Part shown: piece after piece, positions 49,623 through 63,103 of the stretch
How the letters are laid out: the number at the start of each line of letters is the position of its first letter
Numbering within the stretch: position 1 is the first letter of the stretch
Source: Octopus bimaculoides
Lineage: Eukaryota
DNA: 64,000 nt
Assembly: GCF_001194135.2 (NCBI RefSeq)
Contig: NC_068994.1
Span: forward strand, 58,517,305 to 58,581,304
Direction: 5' to 3'
Notes under the pieces: model-generated
Told to the model about the DNA's origin: nothing
The model's input: the letters and a program-made list of their open reading frames with translations, nothing else
The model's database searches: none
Made by a program: the position numbers and the translations under genes

Positions 49623-50667
49623 CTGGCAGAAGTGGAGAGGGGGAGAGAAGAAACAGAGAGGAAGAAAAGTTAGAATCCATAGCAAAACGTTTTCGGTGAT
49701 GGTGGTGGTGGTGTGGTGGTGGTGGTGGAAATGGAAATTGTCATGGTGATAGTTATTGTTGTTGTTCTTTAGGCCNNNNNNNNNNNNNNNNNNNNNNNNN
49801 NNNNNNNNNNNNNNNNNNNNNNNNNNNNNNNNNNNNNNNNNNNNNNNNNNNNNNNNNNNNNNNNNNNNNNNNNNNNNNNNNNNNNNNNNNNNNNNNNNNN
49901 NNNNNNNNNNNNNNNNNNNNNNNNNNNNNNNNNNNNNNNNNNNNNNNNNNNNNNNNNNNNNNNNNNNNNNNNNNNNNNNNNNNNNNNNNNNNNNNNNNNN
50001 NNNNNNNNNNNNNNNNNNNNNNNNNNNNNNNNNNNNNNNNNNNNNNNNNNNNNNNNNNNNNNNNNNNNNNNNNNNNNNNNNNNNGGCGGTGGTGGCGGTG
50101 GTGGTGGTGGAAATGGAAATTGTCATGGTGATAGTTATTGTTGTTGTTCTTTAGGCCTAGGTCAGTCCTGATCAGAGGCATTCCAGCCATGACCATCCCA
50201 ATTTTTTGCTAGGGGATTCTAACCCAAGAACATACTATTCAACGAATCTATTTTTAAAATAATGGATTATGATTTTGATGGAGATTTGCTTGCCATTTCT
50301 AGCAGGTCTAATGACCATGCTCAGGCTCCCTCATTGACTCATGATGAAAATCTCTGAGATTTGGAGGGAATGATTGATAAACGACAATTATAAGGATCAT
50401 CATCATCACCATTTTCGTCAGCATTGTCATCATCATCATCATCACCATCGTCATCATTCTTACTGTCATCATCGTCATCATCATCATCTTTATCATCAAT
50501 CATCATCATCTTTATCATCAATCATCGTCATCACCATCATCAACATTGTCGTCATCGTCGTCGTTATCATCATCTTCATCATCATCACCACCATCATCAT
50601 CATCATCGGTGTCAACAGCAATGACAACCTCCATGCATCCACTTTCCATCCTCAAAGAACTACTCAC

Positions 50668-50723
50668 CCTGTCGCTGTTTCCTTGTGTCTCATATTCTGG
50701 GGGTACAAACTTCACATCTGGGT
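50668..50723 (-). CDS. KNDC1: KNDC1-like exon (DPDVKFVPPEYETQGNSDR), KIND1
   Basis: FVPPE motif (APE-like); ttacag| acceptor, AGG|gtgagt donor; phases 1 to 0 fit both neighbours. Confidence 0.85.
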
Positions 50724-51468
50724 CTGTAAGGTAAAAAAGAAAGAAAGAAAGGATAACTAAAAGATGTCTACCAGTGATTATGCCAAAACTTATGGATGTT
50801 TAAGGGATCATCATCATCATCGTTGTTGTTGCCATCATCATCATCATCCACTTTTGCATTCTCACATGAATCGGACAGAATTTGTTGCGGCAGATTTTCT
50901 ACAGCTGGATGCCTTCCCTGTTGCCAAACCCTCACCTTCTTCCAAGAAGTAAAGGAATATTTCCCCATGGCCCAATATGTTTATACAAAAGAAAGGAAAT
51001 AAAGAACATTGTTTCTCTTACAATTCTATTTGTGTTTACAACTATCACACAATGACAAGACACAGAGAGAGAGAAACAGATAGTAACACACCCACACCCC
51101 ATATATACATACATATATATATATATATATACATACATATATTCTTTATTTAAAAGCAGCAGAAATATAACAAAAGCTGTTACTCAGAGTTTCATGTTCC
51201 TGTTCGTCGGACTGTTTTTGGGGAATGTGAAACTCTGAGAGACAGTATTTTTAATGCCATTGCAGTGTTATTAGTAAAGTATATATATATATATNNNNNN
51301 NNNNNNNNNNNNNNNNNNNNNNNNNNNNNNNNNNNNNNNNNNNNNNNNNNNNNNNNNNNNNNNNNNNNNNNNNNNNNNNNNNNNNNNNNNNNNNNNNNNN
51401 NNNNNNNNNNNNNNNNNNNNNNNNNNNNNNNNNNNNNNNNNNNNNNNNNNNNNNNNNNNNNNNNNNNN

Positions 51469-51519
<51 letters not shown>

Positions 51520-53329
51520 CAGAGTGAGAGAGATAGAGAGAGAGGTATAAATTGTGTGAAGTGGTGTACAGGTTTTATATATATTAAGAAAAAGATGGTA
51601 GTCAAGACTTGGATGAAAACTATTTATTTAGTGCTTCCATTCCTTCAGGGACTCATGAGGAATGATTCCCTGAAAAGGACAAAATGGCTAAATAAATAGT
51701 TTTTATTTGTTTCGACTACCTACTTCTTCTTAATACACACACACACACACACACACACACACGTATATATTCATTCATAAACATATACACACATCTACGT
51801 AGAGACATACATAACTCCTGTGGCAATATCTGGCCTTACCGAGGTTTATAGAAGGTACCAGGAAAAATAACTTAACATATGAACTTATCCCTGAAAATAA
51901 AAACCCCTATGTAAAATTTCAGTTCCCCAGATGCAAAATATACCCTGCAACACTAAGACATAGGCACATACGCAATATATACACACTTATCTAATATATA
52001 CACACATATACAATATATATACACACATTCATATATGTATATATGATGGAAACACAGAAGGAGTTATAGCAACGTTACTTCCTTACCTTTCAGTAAGACA
52101 TCTTACTTAAGACTGAATAAAATACTTGAGAAATAATCTTGAAGGTGTGGTGCTTGTGTGTGTGTGTGTGTGTGTGTGTGTGCTTGTGTGAGTGGTGTGT
52201 GTGTGTGTGGTTTGTTAAGTGCTTGTGGGTATGTGTGGTGTGCATGCATGACCAATGTCTTTGAGTGCTCTGCTTCCTTGCTGTTGTTGTATAACCCCAG
52301 GTCATTCCTAATGAGGATCACATGTGATCAAAATATTCTCACCATGACCATCCCATCTGGGAATACATTATCGACAGTGGCTTTCTCTCTCTCTCTCTCT
52401 CTCATTATCCAAAGTAATTCTCCATTTTATTCATCCGGAAGCACACATGAACACATATAAACATTGAAGCATAGATAACTCCCATGCACATATGCACACA
52501 CACACCTGCACATATGCACACACACACACATGCACATAAATGCATTCACATACACACACACACTGACTCACTCACATACTCATACATGTACACACAGACA
52601 GCTATGACTACACACAAACATACTCACACACACACACACACACACACCTATGCACACAAAACAGTGACCAAGCTGGCCTTAGCAACCAGTACAGTCATTA
52701 CCAGTAAGTACCCTATTAATAACACCACCACCACCACCAACACCAACACCATCACCACCTCTACTGCTACTACTACTACTACCACCATGACCACCACTAT
52801 CATCATCACAACCAACAACAACAACAATACAAGTCAAGAAGGGAACCTCTATGTGGAGATCCTTCGACCTGCAAGAAATAACAGCCAAAATCCCTACTGC
52901 TTCATATAAAGGAAACATTGAACATTGTAGATGTTATCTGCCAAAAGACAGGATGGTCAAGGATGGAATGTTTTTGCTCACCAAAGGGAGTGGATGGGGT
53001 GGGGGTGGAGGTATACACATACATATATTTATATATATACATATAAATGCATGTATATACATACCCATAGGCATCCATACATACATATGCACAAACATTT
53101 ATTTCACATTTCCTCTCTCTCTCTCTCACTCTCTATTAGGTGTGTGTATGTATGTGTGTATAAAAGTTTGTGTGTATGAGTGTGTGTGTGCTTGAGAGAC
53201 AGACAGACAGATACATACATACATATATACTTACATACTTACACACATACATACATACACACATACATACATACACACATACATACATACATACATAGAC
53301 AGACTAACAGACAAATAGATAGAATGAAA

Positions 53330-53332
53330 GAC

Positions 53333-53391
<59 letters not shown>

Positions 53392-53392
53392 C

Positions 53393-53426
<34 letters not shown>

Positions 53427-53427
53427 G

Positions 53428-53486
<59 letters not shown>
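53330..53486. repeat. (GATA)n microsatellite
   Basis: Direct reading; a similar tract at 51470-51520. Confidence 0.97.
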
Positions 53487-53823
53487 GGAAAAACTTGCCA
53501 GAAAAAAACTACTTCTTAAGAACATGTTTGAACATGTCTACCACAAACACACACACATGCACACATACACACATACACACACATTACCAGTTCCCCTGCC
53601 ACCACCTACACCCCTTAACCACCCTTGGTTTGTTACATACACAGAATGCTGGGTGGGTTCGGGGGGTCTGATTTTAATTATGTTAAGAGCTACTTTCCTT
53701 TCTTTCACTTCCTCTGACCTCTGTGTCTTGACCTCCGCTGACCTTATTTCATCTCATTCCAGTTCTTCTGTTGAAATGACTGGACTCAGAAGAGACTTTC
53801 ACACAGTTTTTACTGGTAACATT

Positions 53824-53857
<34 letters not shown>

Positions 53858-54545
53858 ATGTGAGTATGTTATGTATGACTGTACACAAGACATCATCATC
53901 ACCATCATCATCATCATCATCATCACTGCCATGATCATCATCACCGCCATCATCATCATCATTATCATCATCGTCGTCGTCGTCATCGTCATCGTCATCA
54001 TCATCATCATCATCCTTTTACTGTTCATCCTTCTGATGAAGTTTTATTGAGGTAGATTTTTTTTGGCTGGATGTCCTTCCTGTCACCAACCCTTACCTGT
54101 TTCTTAAGTAATATTTTCTCATGGCCAGACATGTTCACACATCATCATCATCATCATCATCATCATCAGCCTTTACCATTCGCTTTCCATACTGGTATCG
54201 GTCAGATGGTTTGACCAGAACTGACAAACTGCAGAGCTGCACCAGGCTCCCTTGTCTGATTTGGCCTGGTTTCTACAGCTGGATGCCCTTCCCAATGCCC
54301 TTTTGTAAACTATCACACACATAAACACACACACACACACACATCATACCGACTCATAAGCACATTTCCATTGACACATCTATATTATGAGGTTATTGTG
54401 ATGGTAGTTAAGGCGGGAGTGGTGGTGCAATGGTATTAGTAAAACAACAGTGGACAGTGGTGGACAGTGTTGTATATGATGTGAAGGTCAAGAAATAATG
54501 GACATACAATGACATTTGTAGAGCTGAATCATTAGTTTTACTCAC

Positions 54546-54798
54546 CTACATACAAATCGAGAAGCCGCAGGTAACCAGTGTCCAGTTCAAAGGCAAGGGT
54601 TAAAGGCGTGATACAAAGTGTTTGGAAAAAATCACCAAGTTTGTTAACCTCTCCTAAGATCTTCACACTCTGCCAACAGACGGCCCATAGTTCTGTGCTT
54701 GTGGGTCCTCTAGAGCCAGGGAGCTTCCTTAAGAGACTGGCAAAATTTAGGGTCTCGTCACCTTCATTGAGAGGGGACAGTCGATATGTCCCAGCCAT
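54546..54798 (-). CDS. KNDC1: KNDC1/very-KIND-like, first coding exon, start of KIND domain 1 (LNFASLLRKLPG...ELWAVCWQS...CITP)
   Basis: KIND-type ELWAVC/CITP pattern; in-frame stop immediately before the ATG; donor G|gtgagt, phase 1. Confidence 0.8.
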
Positions 54799-56389
54799 TC
54801 ATAAAGCCTATATTTTTACTACGTTATCCAGAGAGGAGCCAACACAAATGCAATGACAAGAGATGGGGGGGGGCAGTGAAACAGGTGGTGATGGTGGTGT
54901 CGGTGGTGGGTGATAATCAGTTTAAAATTTGAGACATTGATCTGGCCGGACTGGCTAAACTGATGTGAACTGACCAATCAGTAAGAAAAGTTTCAGGTGT
55001 CTGTTTGTCATGTTATGATTGATGTAAGAGGATGGTGATATTTGGTAGGGGGGTGACAGTGGGGAGGTATTTGCGGTGGTGGTGGTGGTGGTGGTGGTGG
55101 TAGTGGTGGTGTTATGTTAATGAAGACAGTGTTGTGGGGTGGGCAAGAATAGTAGTGTTATGGTATGGATGGTTGTAGATATGGTGGCAGTAATTACAGT
55201 AAGGGTTGGTGGGAGGGAAAGGGGATTGGTGGAAGGAATTTCTTGACAGATTAAGAAGGTAGTTGTTGGGGATGTAAGATGATGAAGATTAAAAGAAAGG
55301 TGAAGATAAGAAGAGCAGAGGGGAGGGGTATTTACATAAAGAAGAGGAGGGGATACAGTTGTGATGGTGGTAGAGTGTGTGGTTAAGGTTGCTGTGGTTG
55401 TCATATTGGTGGGAGGCGGGGGTGATGGTGGAAGAAGAGGAAATTTAAGAAGTGAAATAAAACCTAATTCCACAACAAACACTAAAGTAGAGATATATAT
55501 AATTTTATTAATGAAACAACATACAACACCAGACACACCCTCTACAATATCAAACTCTTACACTAGACTGGTGCACCATATTAGTACACTGCACCACATC
55601 TGCACATTTACTGTTACCTGTTCTACTACCACAGTGTTGTAATGCTATCTTTGGTTTTATTGAGATTTGTATTTTGTGGAGTTGATGCAAAAGTAAGCCC
55701 CTTTACAGGTGTGTTTGTTCTATTGTTCTTTCCTGTGTTTCGCTTGCTCCATCTGGTGTTGTTGTTTCCTTTGACAGAATCTAAAAGATGCTTTGCAATT
55801 TGGTAGATTTGTGCTGTTTCGATGTTCATTTTAATTAACAAAATTTCGTTGCCTGTTATAATTAGTTACAAAGTTCTTTCCCTTGAATGTCTTTTCAAAA
55901 TTCCAAATATAATTTTCAAACGTATTTCTCTGTGATTGTATTTTTCTCATTGCAAACATTCTTCAGATTTAATAATATATTCTTCTCTTCTGGACAACAC
56001 AGCCAGTTTCTATTCCTTGAGTTACTCATAACTCTGTCTAGGTTAGTTTCTATATATTTTAAAGGTATCACAAATATATACACATGTTGAACTAAGTTGC
56101 TGAACTTATAAAACTAACTGGTTTTCTAGATTAAAATCAATTTATCTAAGGTGAATTTGACAGGTAAAAGAAATAGATTTCAAAAGCACAATGATGAACA
56201 AGATGACTGTAGTTTCAATTCCTGGTCATGAACCCATTGTATATCTCTTATAATACTCTTCTCTTAGTGACCTTGTCATTAAAAAGTGAAACAATGTGTG
56301 AGGGGTTATACTTGCCCACCTGAACAAAAGCTGGTCACATAGAACACATAGAGCAACCCCCCTACACTGTATATGGGGTGAGAGGGATA

Positions 56390-57480
56390 TTGAGGGAGGA
56401 AAATGCTAGATGCTAGTGTTTGCAGGAAGGAATGAAACTCCTACAAAAATTTATCAAACCCAGAAATTCAGGCAGATTCCTCAATGATATAGGTGCTGAA
56501 AATTCCACAAAGGACTCTACTTCCTCAGGGAGCAGGTGCATTCCCTCCTCACTGATGATGGGTCCGAGGAATGATAACAATGTAACTCAGTATACACACC
56601 TGTTGAGGTTAATAATGCCAGACTCAACCAAACATTGGAAAAACAAATACTTTTCATGTTCTTCTTCAGAATTATTTGCTAAACCGTTGATATATGCTTT
56701 GACAAAAAGACAACACACATTTTACAGTATCAATAAAACATTGGAATGTCCGTGTGGTATTCTGTAGACCAAAAGACATTCAAATAACTGAAAGGTGTAG
56801 TGATTGCTAGTTTTGGAATATCTGCAGGTTTGACCAGGATTTGGTTATATGCTCTCACAAGATTGATTTTCAAAAATATACGATTTCCATAGTGGAAACT
56901 AGAAAAATCCTGCAAGAGAGGGATTGAGTAGGTATTGTACGGTGCCGTTGTTGAGTGCACAATAGTTCCTGCAAGGGCACCCATCCCCTGCTGCTTTCTT
57001 CAAGACCAAATGTGATAGCAATCACCAGTTGCTGCTTGATGGATGAATAATTCCAAGCAATGTGTTGGAATTCCTGCTTTGAGGTCTTCAAATGATCTGT
57101 AGGGAGTCTTCGTGGTCTCACAGCAGTTGTTGAGTCTCAATGTGGTGGATAACACTGTGTTTGAGCTGTCTCTAAACACTGGATGAGCAGTGTTTCAGTA
57201 CATGAGGATGATAAGAGTTGCACTGTGTAATTGTTGCCTGTCAAATAACAAGGCTGACTGGATATCCAAGCAATTATGTGGCACATAATGATATTGGTAG
57301 CAACATCAAGAATGTCTAACGTTTACTAAAAGACTGAAATGATGAAGGAAATCTGCTGCTAATAGAGGAGCCAACAACTTAACAGTGATAAAAACCATTG
57401 AAAAATAGGATAAAGGCCTAGGTCTAGAATTTGTCAGAAGTAGAAATTGGAGAAGAACTGATGATGGTATTTTGTAAATG
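56390..57480 (-). pseudogene. Degenerate Ty3/Gypsy pol fragment (protease end, RT, start of RNase H connection)
   Basis: Frameshifted YSIPLLQDF...IFLKINLVRAYNQI...DIPKLAITTPF; RPRRLPTDHLK; FLGLINFCRSFIP; AADFLHHF. Confidence 0.85.
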
Positions 57481-58612
57481 GCGTTAGGGAAACTGGAATG
57501 ATGCTGACTCCAGGGCTTGTGTCACCAAGGAAGGAGGTACCTGTGAAATGGTTATTAATGAAGAAAAGGTGACTTTGTTTAATAGCAGACAGGTGCATCT
57601 GTTGCCCTTAATCCATGACTGTCTTGTTTCCCTGAAGGAATGGTGTCTCTTTAGAAACAGAACAAGGAAACTCACAGAAACAAATGCAAAAATCGAGGTT
57701 CCTATTCCTGGTCTTGAATCCATTGTATATCTCATACACACTTTCTCTCTCTCTCTCACACACACATACATGTCTAGATATATGTAAATATATGTGTGTG
57801 TGTGTTTGTCTGTGTATGTATAGGTATATATACACGCGATTGCAGCATTAAAAACTGTATTAATAAATACAAATACAGCATTGCTAATTCTCTCTCTCTC
57901 TCTCTCTGTGGCGCACCCAAATACGCTCTGCAACATGGTTGGCATTAGGAAGGGCATCCAGCTGCAGAGACCATACCAAAACATACAGCGGAGCCTGGTG
58001 CAGCTCTCTGGCTTGCCAAACGCATGGAAATCGGACGTTAAATGATGATGATGATGATGATATATCTATATATCATTTAGTACCCCTGGACTGGCTCTTG
58101 TGCGGGTGGCACATAAAATACACCATTTTGAGCGTAGCCGTTGCCAGTACCGCCTGACTGGCCTTCGTGCGGGTGACACGTAAAAACACCCATTACACTC
58201 TCTGAGTGGTTGGCGTTAGGAAGGGCATCCAGCTGTAGAAACTCTGCCAAANNNNNNNNNNTGGTTGGCGTTAGGAAGGGCATCCAGCTGTAGAAACTCT
58301 GCCAAATCAGATTGGAGGCTGGTGTTGCCATCCGGTTTCACCAGTTCTCAGTCAAATCGTCCAACCCATGCTAGCATGGAAAGCGGACGTTAAACGATGA
58401 TGATGATGATGATGATGATGATGTATACATACACATATATAAATATATATTCATTACAATCATGAGGTATTGGGCTCAGTCCTACACCGTGTGGCACCTT
58501 GAGCAAATGCCTTCTGCTAACGACCCTGGCTGGCCGAAGCCTCGTGAGTAGATTTGGTATGGGGAAACCCTTAGAAACACGTCGTGCGTGTCCGTGCGGG
58601 CGTACACACACA

Positions 58613-58652
<40 letters not shown>

Positions 58653-58949
58653 TTGTTCCCCCCCCCCCGATATTGGTTAGTTAACGTCCCTGTAACTTAA
58701 CGGTTCGTCATGACAGTCCGATAGAATAAATACTAGGCCTTAGAAATAAGTACCGAGGGTGAATCGCTCGACTAAAATCTTCAAGGTGGTGCTCCAGCAT
58801 GGCTGCAGCAGTCCTATAACTGAAACAAGTAAAAGATATGAGAGAGAGAGAGGGAGAGAGAGAATTAGCAATACTCAATATATATATCCATTGACTGATG
58901 TACAATTATAAATGCTGCAATTACAGCAATCCCACACACACATACGCCC

Positions 58950-59169
58950 ACATGTAGTAGGAGAGGGTGAAATAGAAGGGAGATAACTGGAGGTAACAGT
59001 CCTAACAGTCAGCTTCGTTCCATGTTACCTCATTGACGTTGTCCAAGTGTTTATTTTTTTTTTATTCCCCCCCGTTTTTATTTTTTATTTCCGTCTGTCT
59101 TTCATTTAATCCATCTGTTACCATCCTGTCTACTAATAGTCTTTAATGTCTTCTCCTAATTAAAGAACG
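58950..59169. promoter_or_regulatory. Candidate divergent promoter/5' UTR region for DCAF10 and KNDC1
   Basis: Head-to-head gene geometry; TGACGT site ~59034; minus-strand donor GAG|gtaaca at ~59028. Confidence 0.3.
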
Positions 59170-59369
59170 ATGGCGTCTTATTCTACGTTTGAACCGTGGC
59201 GCTGGCAGCGCAAACGAGAACTGGGACTGAAACACGCACTTGGCGATTTGTCACAGATGTACTGTGGCCTTTATTCCAGTTTCGAAGCCGTACAGACATG
59301 GGAACCAGATAAGACCTCCGAGCACACGCACCACGGAGGTATCTTCAACTTCGATTTCTCTCCAGAAGG
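59170..59369 (+). CDS. DCAF10: DDB1- and CUL4-associated factor 10 (WDR32), exon 1 (...HGGIFNFDFSPEG)
   Basis: HGxxFNxxFSPxG WD40 start as in DCAF10; donor GG|gtaagc phase 2. Confidence 0.88.
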
Positions 59370-59553
59370 GTAAGCAAACCTGCTGCTGTCCTGATGTTGT
59401 AGTTGTTAGTAGTGGTGGTGATGCTGTAGGTTCGTTCCTATCACACGACACTATCTTTGTTTCTCTACCCTACAGATATGACCACTTTCATGAGAATCTT
59501 GCTAGAAATAGTGATGCTGTTCGTAAGGTGATGTGTGTACATACATACATGCA

Positions 59554-59589
<36 letters not shown>

Positions 59590-60959
59590 TGTATATGTGT
59601 TTGTATATATTTGTGGTATGTATGTGTTTATGTATGTATGCATGTCTGTATATCATCACCATCATTTCACGTCCACTTTTCCGTGTTAGCATCGATCATA
59701 CAGAATGTGTTAAGGTAGATACCCTACACCCAAATGTCCTTGCTGTTACTAGTCCTCACCTATTTCCAAACAAGGTGGTATTTCCCCATGGCCAGACTTG
59801 TTTTTCGCGGAAGACTGGAAATGAACAATTTCGTTTGTATGACAATGCATCTCGTTTACAACCATCGTATAATCTTCACACGCACTCGCGCGCTCAGAAT
59901 GCGCTTCTTTCCGTCATCCATCAACCAAATCCACTTACAAGCTGTTGTTCGGCCCCGGGCTATAGTAGAAAACACTTGCTAAATGTGCTGCACAGTAAGA
60001 TTGAACCCTAGACCACATGGATTAGAAGTAAGATTCTTAACCACACAGCCACTCTTGCGTACCATATAATCTATATATATCATGTATCATCGTCTTCATC
60101 ATCATTTAGCATCAGTATTCCATCCTGGCATCAGTTGGACGTTTTGACAAGATCTGACAGAACAGAAGACTACGTTGGGTTTCCGTTTTCTGTTCTGGTT
60201 TTCACAGGTTTGTCTGCTGGATGCTTTTTCTAACACCAACCACTTCACAGAGTGTATTGGGTGCTTTTTTGTGTATCACTGGCATTAATTAGTGAAGTCA
60301 CCATGTAGCTTACACAACCTCTTGATTGAGGAAGTGTAGTATTCTGGGAGATGGCGTGAGGAGATGAGAGGATGGTAGAAGGGTAAGAACAGGTGTCTTG
60401 CTGAAGAGAAGATATATGGCTAGGAGGGAAGGTGGTGGTGAGGTGTCTGGATAAAGATGAGGGACAATGATGGTCTGGTCGACCCTTAAGGTACAAGACA
60501 GTGAATGTGAAGGGTATAGGGAAAGAAACAGGTGCAAAGCAGATAAATTTATAAAGGTGTAAGGTAAGCGACAGATGATTAGAGGTAGGGACAATAGATG
60601 ATGCAGTGAATGATTAACGGGGAAGAGGTGGGGGGGGAGTAATCAATGGTGAATATCAGTTTGGGAAAGGGGGGAAAGTGAAGGAAATAGGAGTGGGTCG
60701 GGGAGGAGGATGTGGTAAGTGGCAGTACAAAAAAGGTGATGGTGGTAGGGGAGGTCGATGGCCAATATGATATGATGTTCAATAATGGTATGGGATAATA
60801 TTGTGAATGGGTGGTGGGTGACATGAGGAGGGGAACTTAGTCCAAAAGTGTTGGGGATGAAGTGTGTGCATCTCTGCTCATAATTACAACAGTTGAATAA
60901 ACAATACTGCAGTTAGAGGAAGAATAGTGGGATGGGTTGTGGGGGACAGTTGGAAGGGT

Positions 60960-61105
60960 AAGCTTTTTGAACCCAGGGCTGACTGGCAAATTGCCAGCCA
61001 TCTTGGACCATTGTCATAACTTTTGTGAAACTCAATATCCTGAGGTCAATCCTCACTACTTCATCCCACATCTTCCTGGGTCTTCCTCATCCATAGGTCC
61101 CATCT
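60960..61105 (-). pseudogene. RTE-clade LINE 3' relic
   Basis: GRPRKMWDEVVRIDLRIL...QDGW pattern of the RTE C-terminus. Confidence 0.55.
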
Positions 61106-62989
61106 ATGTTATCAATTGCCATTTCTTTCATAGACATGTACACACACACACCCACACACATTTTGTACACATACAAACATATGGTATATATACACACAGC
61201 ACACATATGTAAGTATATAAAAAAATGTGTGTGTATACATATGATGATGATATATCACCATCATCATCATCGTTTTAATGTCTACTTTTCCATGCTTGCA
61301 TGGGGCAACCAGCTTTAATCTTGCTTTAAAGTTGCCTTCTATAAGCTCCATGTAGCTTTTAATGCAGATGGTGTTGTCCACTCTGGTTGATGCTTTGAAT
61401 ATTATAACCTTAGTCTTCGGCAGCTTTCTCTCTCTTTCTGCAAGAACAGCCTTCTCTAGGCAGAGTATACTTATGTGAAACCATGCTTTTGAAATATTTT
61501 TTTAGTTTTTGATCTTCATCATGCACAGCCTCTCACCCAATTTCCTCCTCAAGACATCCCCATCACTTCTCTAACTGCAGTATTTTCTTGCTGTAATTAA
61601 ATGTGAGCAGAACTGCATGCTTCACCAGCTTTTCCCTGATATCACATATCTTTCTCCCTACCCAGAACCATTTCACACTTTAGTACCTCACCTCTAGCAG
61701 AAAGCCACCAAATACTCTACTGTAACTCCAGTCATTTGAAAATCATTGTCTTGCAAGCAACATAGTAATCTCACGAGTGTTGCTGCCACATAAAAGACAC
61801 CCAGTACACACTGTGAGAAAGGATGAAGTGTACCTTATCTACAACTACCGTCTACTAATAAACATACACAACATAATAGTATTATGCTTCACAAGTCACA
61901 GCTACAAAAAAAAACAAAAAACTGTGGTTAATTTCAAAATATGAAAACCAAAACAACACGCCTAGCACCACCAATTACAACTGTATTACAAGTAATATCA
62001 TCTGTAGGATAATTGTAATCATTAATACTACAACACCAACCACATTCACATATATTGGATTAACAGCAAACCTGTTTAAAATGTGATACAGCCATCACAC
62101 ACATTCTTTTCACAAACTAAACAGGAAAAATGACACTTCACTAATCAAATATATATGGACACTAAAGTTAAAATATATCCCATTTAGCATTAATTGGAAA
62201 ATATCCTCCCTTGCACAATCATGTCAAGAAAATAAACCTTGCCAACTCTGCACTGCTGAATCCTACCATATTTTCTTCATTTAAGACCCAAATACTGAAC
62301 CATAATTCTGATTTACTTTAGTCATGTAAACACAAAATCTTCAGAACATTTCAAACCTACATATATATGAGTGTGCGTATATTATACATGTACAAATGTG
62401 TATCATCATCATCATGGACATCTTAATATACATTATTCCATGTTAGCACAAACAAGATGTGTCTCATAACAGCCATTCATTAGCATTCACCTTTCTCTGT
62501 TGTCTTATCCCAATATCCTCTTTTATTCACCTTTTTGTACCTCAAGGGTATATTCTGACACCTCACCGCTATCACCTTTATCTCTCTTTCCAGATCTACC
62601 CTTATTTCTTCTCCTTTCTCACAGAGAGTAACCATGTATCTCCTCTACAGCAACAAACCTTTTTTTTTTTTTGTCCTCTCAGCTTTTAGCAAAAAGCCAC
62701 CTCCCTCTCTACTATAGTTCCATACAGTAAAGAACGAACTCTATAGTCTTGCAAGATACATGGAAACCTCACTCATGCTGGTGCTAAAAGAAAAAAAAAG
62801 CACCCAGCACACTCAGTAAAGTGGTTGGTGTTAGGGAGGGCATCCAGCTGTAGAAACCATGTCAAATCAAATACATCTCATCTGACTGTCTAATTCTTGA
62901 CAACATGGAAGCCGAATATTAAAGGATGACAACAATGATGACGATGATGATGATAATGATGTTGATGTACATAGTCTTCTTTTTTCCAG

Positions 62990-63103
62990 ATCAATTCTTG
63001 TTGCTGCCTGTGAACGTCAGAGTATTTTGCTGTTTGACCCGTTTAATGCAAAATTAATTGGACACAAGAGCCGGGCTCACACTGACTGTGTCAACTGTGT
63101 CAG
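62990..63103 (+). CDS. DCAF10: DCAF10 exon 2 (SILVAACERQSILLFDPFN...AHTDCVNCVR)
   Basis: ACE...LLFDP...AHxDCVN motif; tttccag| acceptor, AG|gtaggg donor. Confidence 0.92.

Noticed and set aside
49695-50156. Direct repeat flanking an N-gap (also 58204-58307)
   Set aside because: Identical sequence on both sides of a gap is most simply an unmerged contig overlap
52840-52900. Apparent KNDC1 exon with a tcttgcag acceptor
   Set aside because: Part of a dispersed repeat (CTAGAAATAGCAGCCAAAT family); flanking exons join without it
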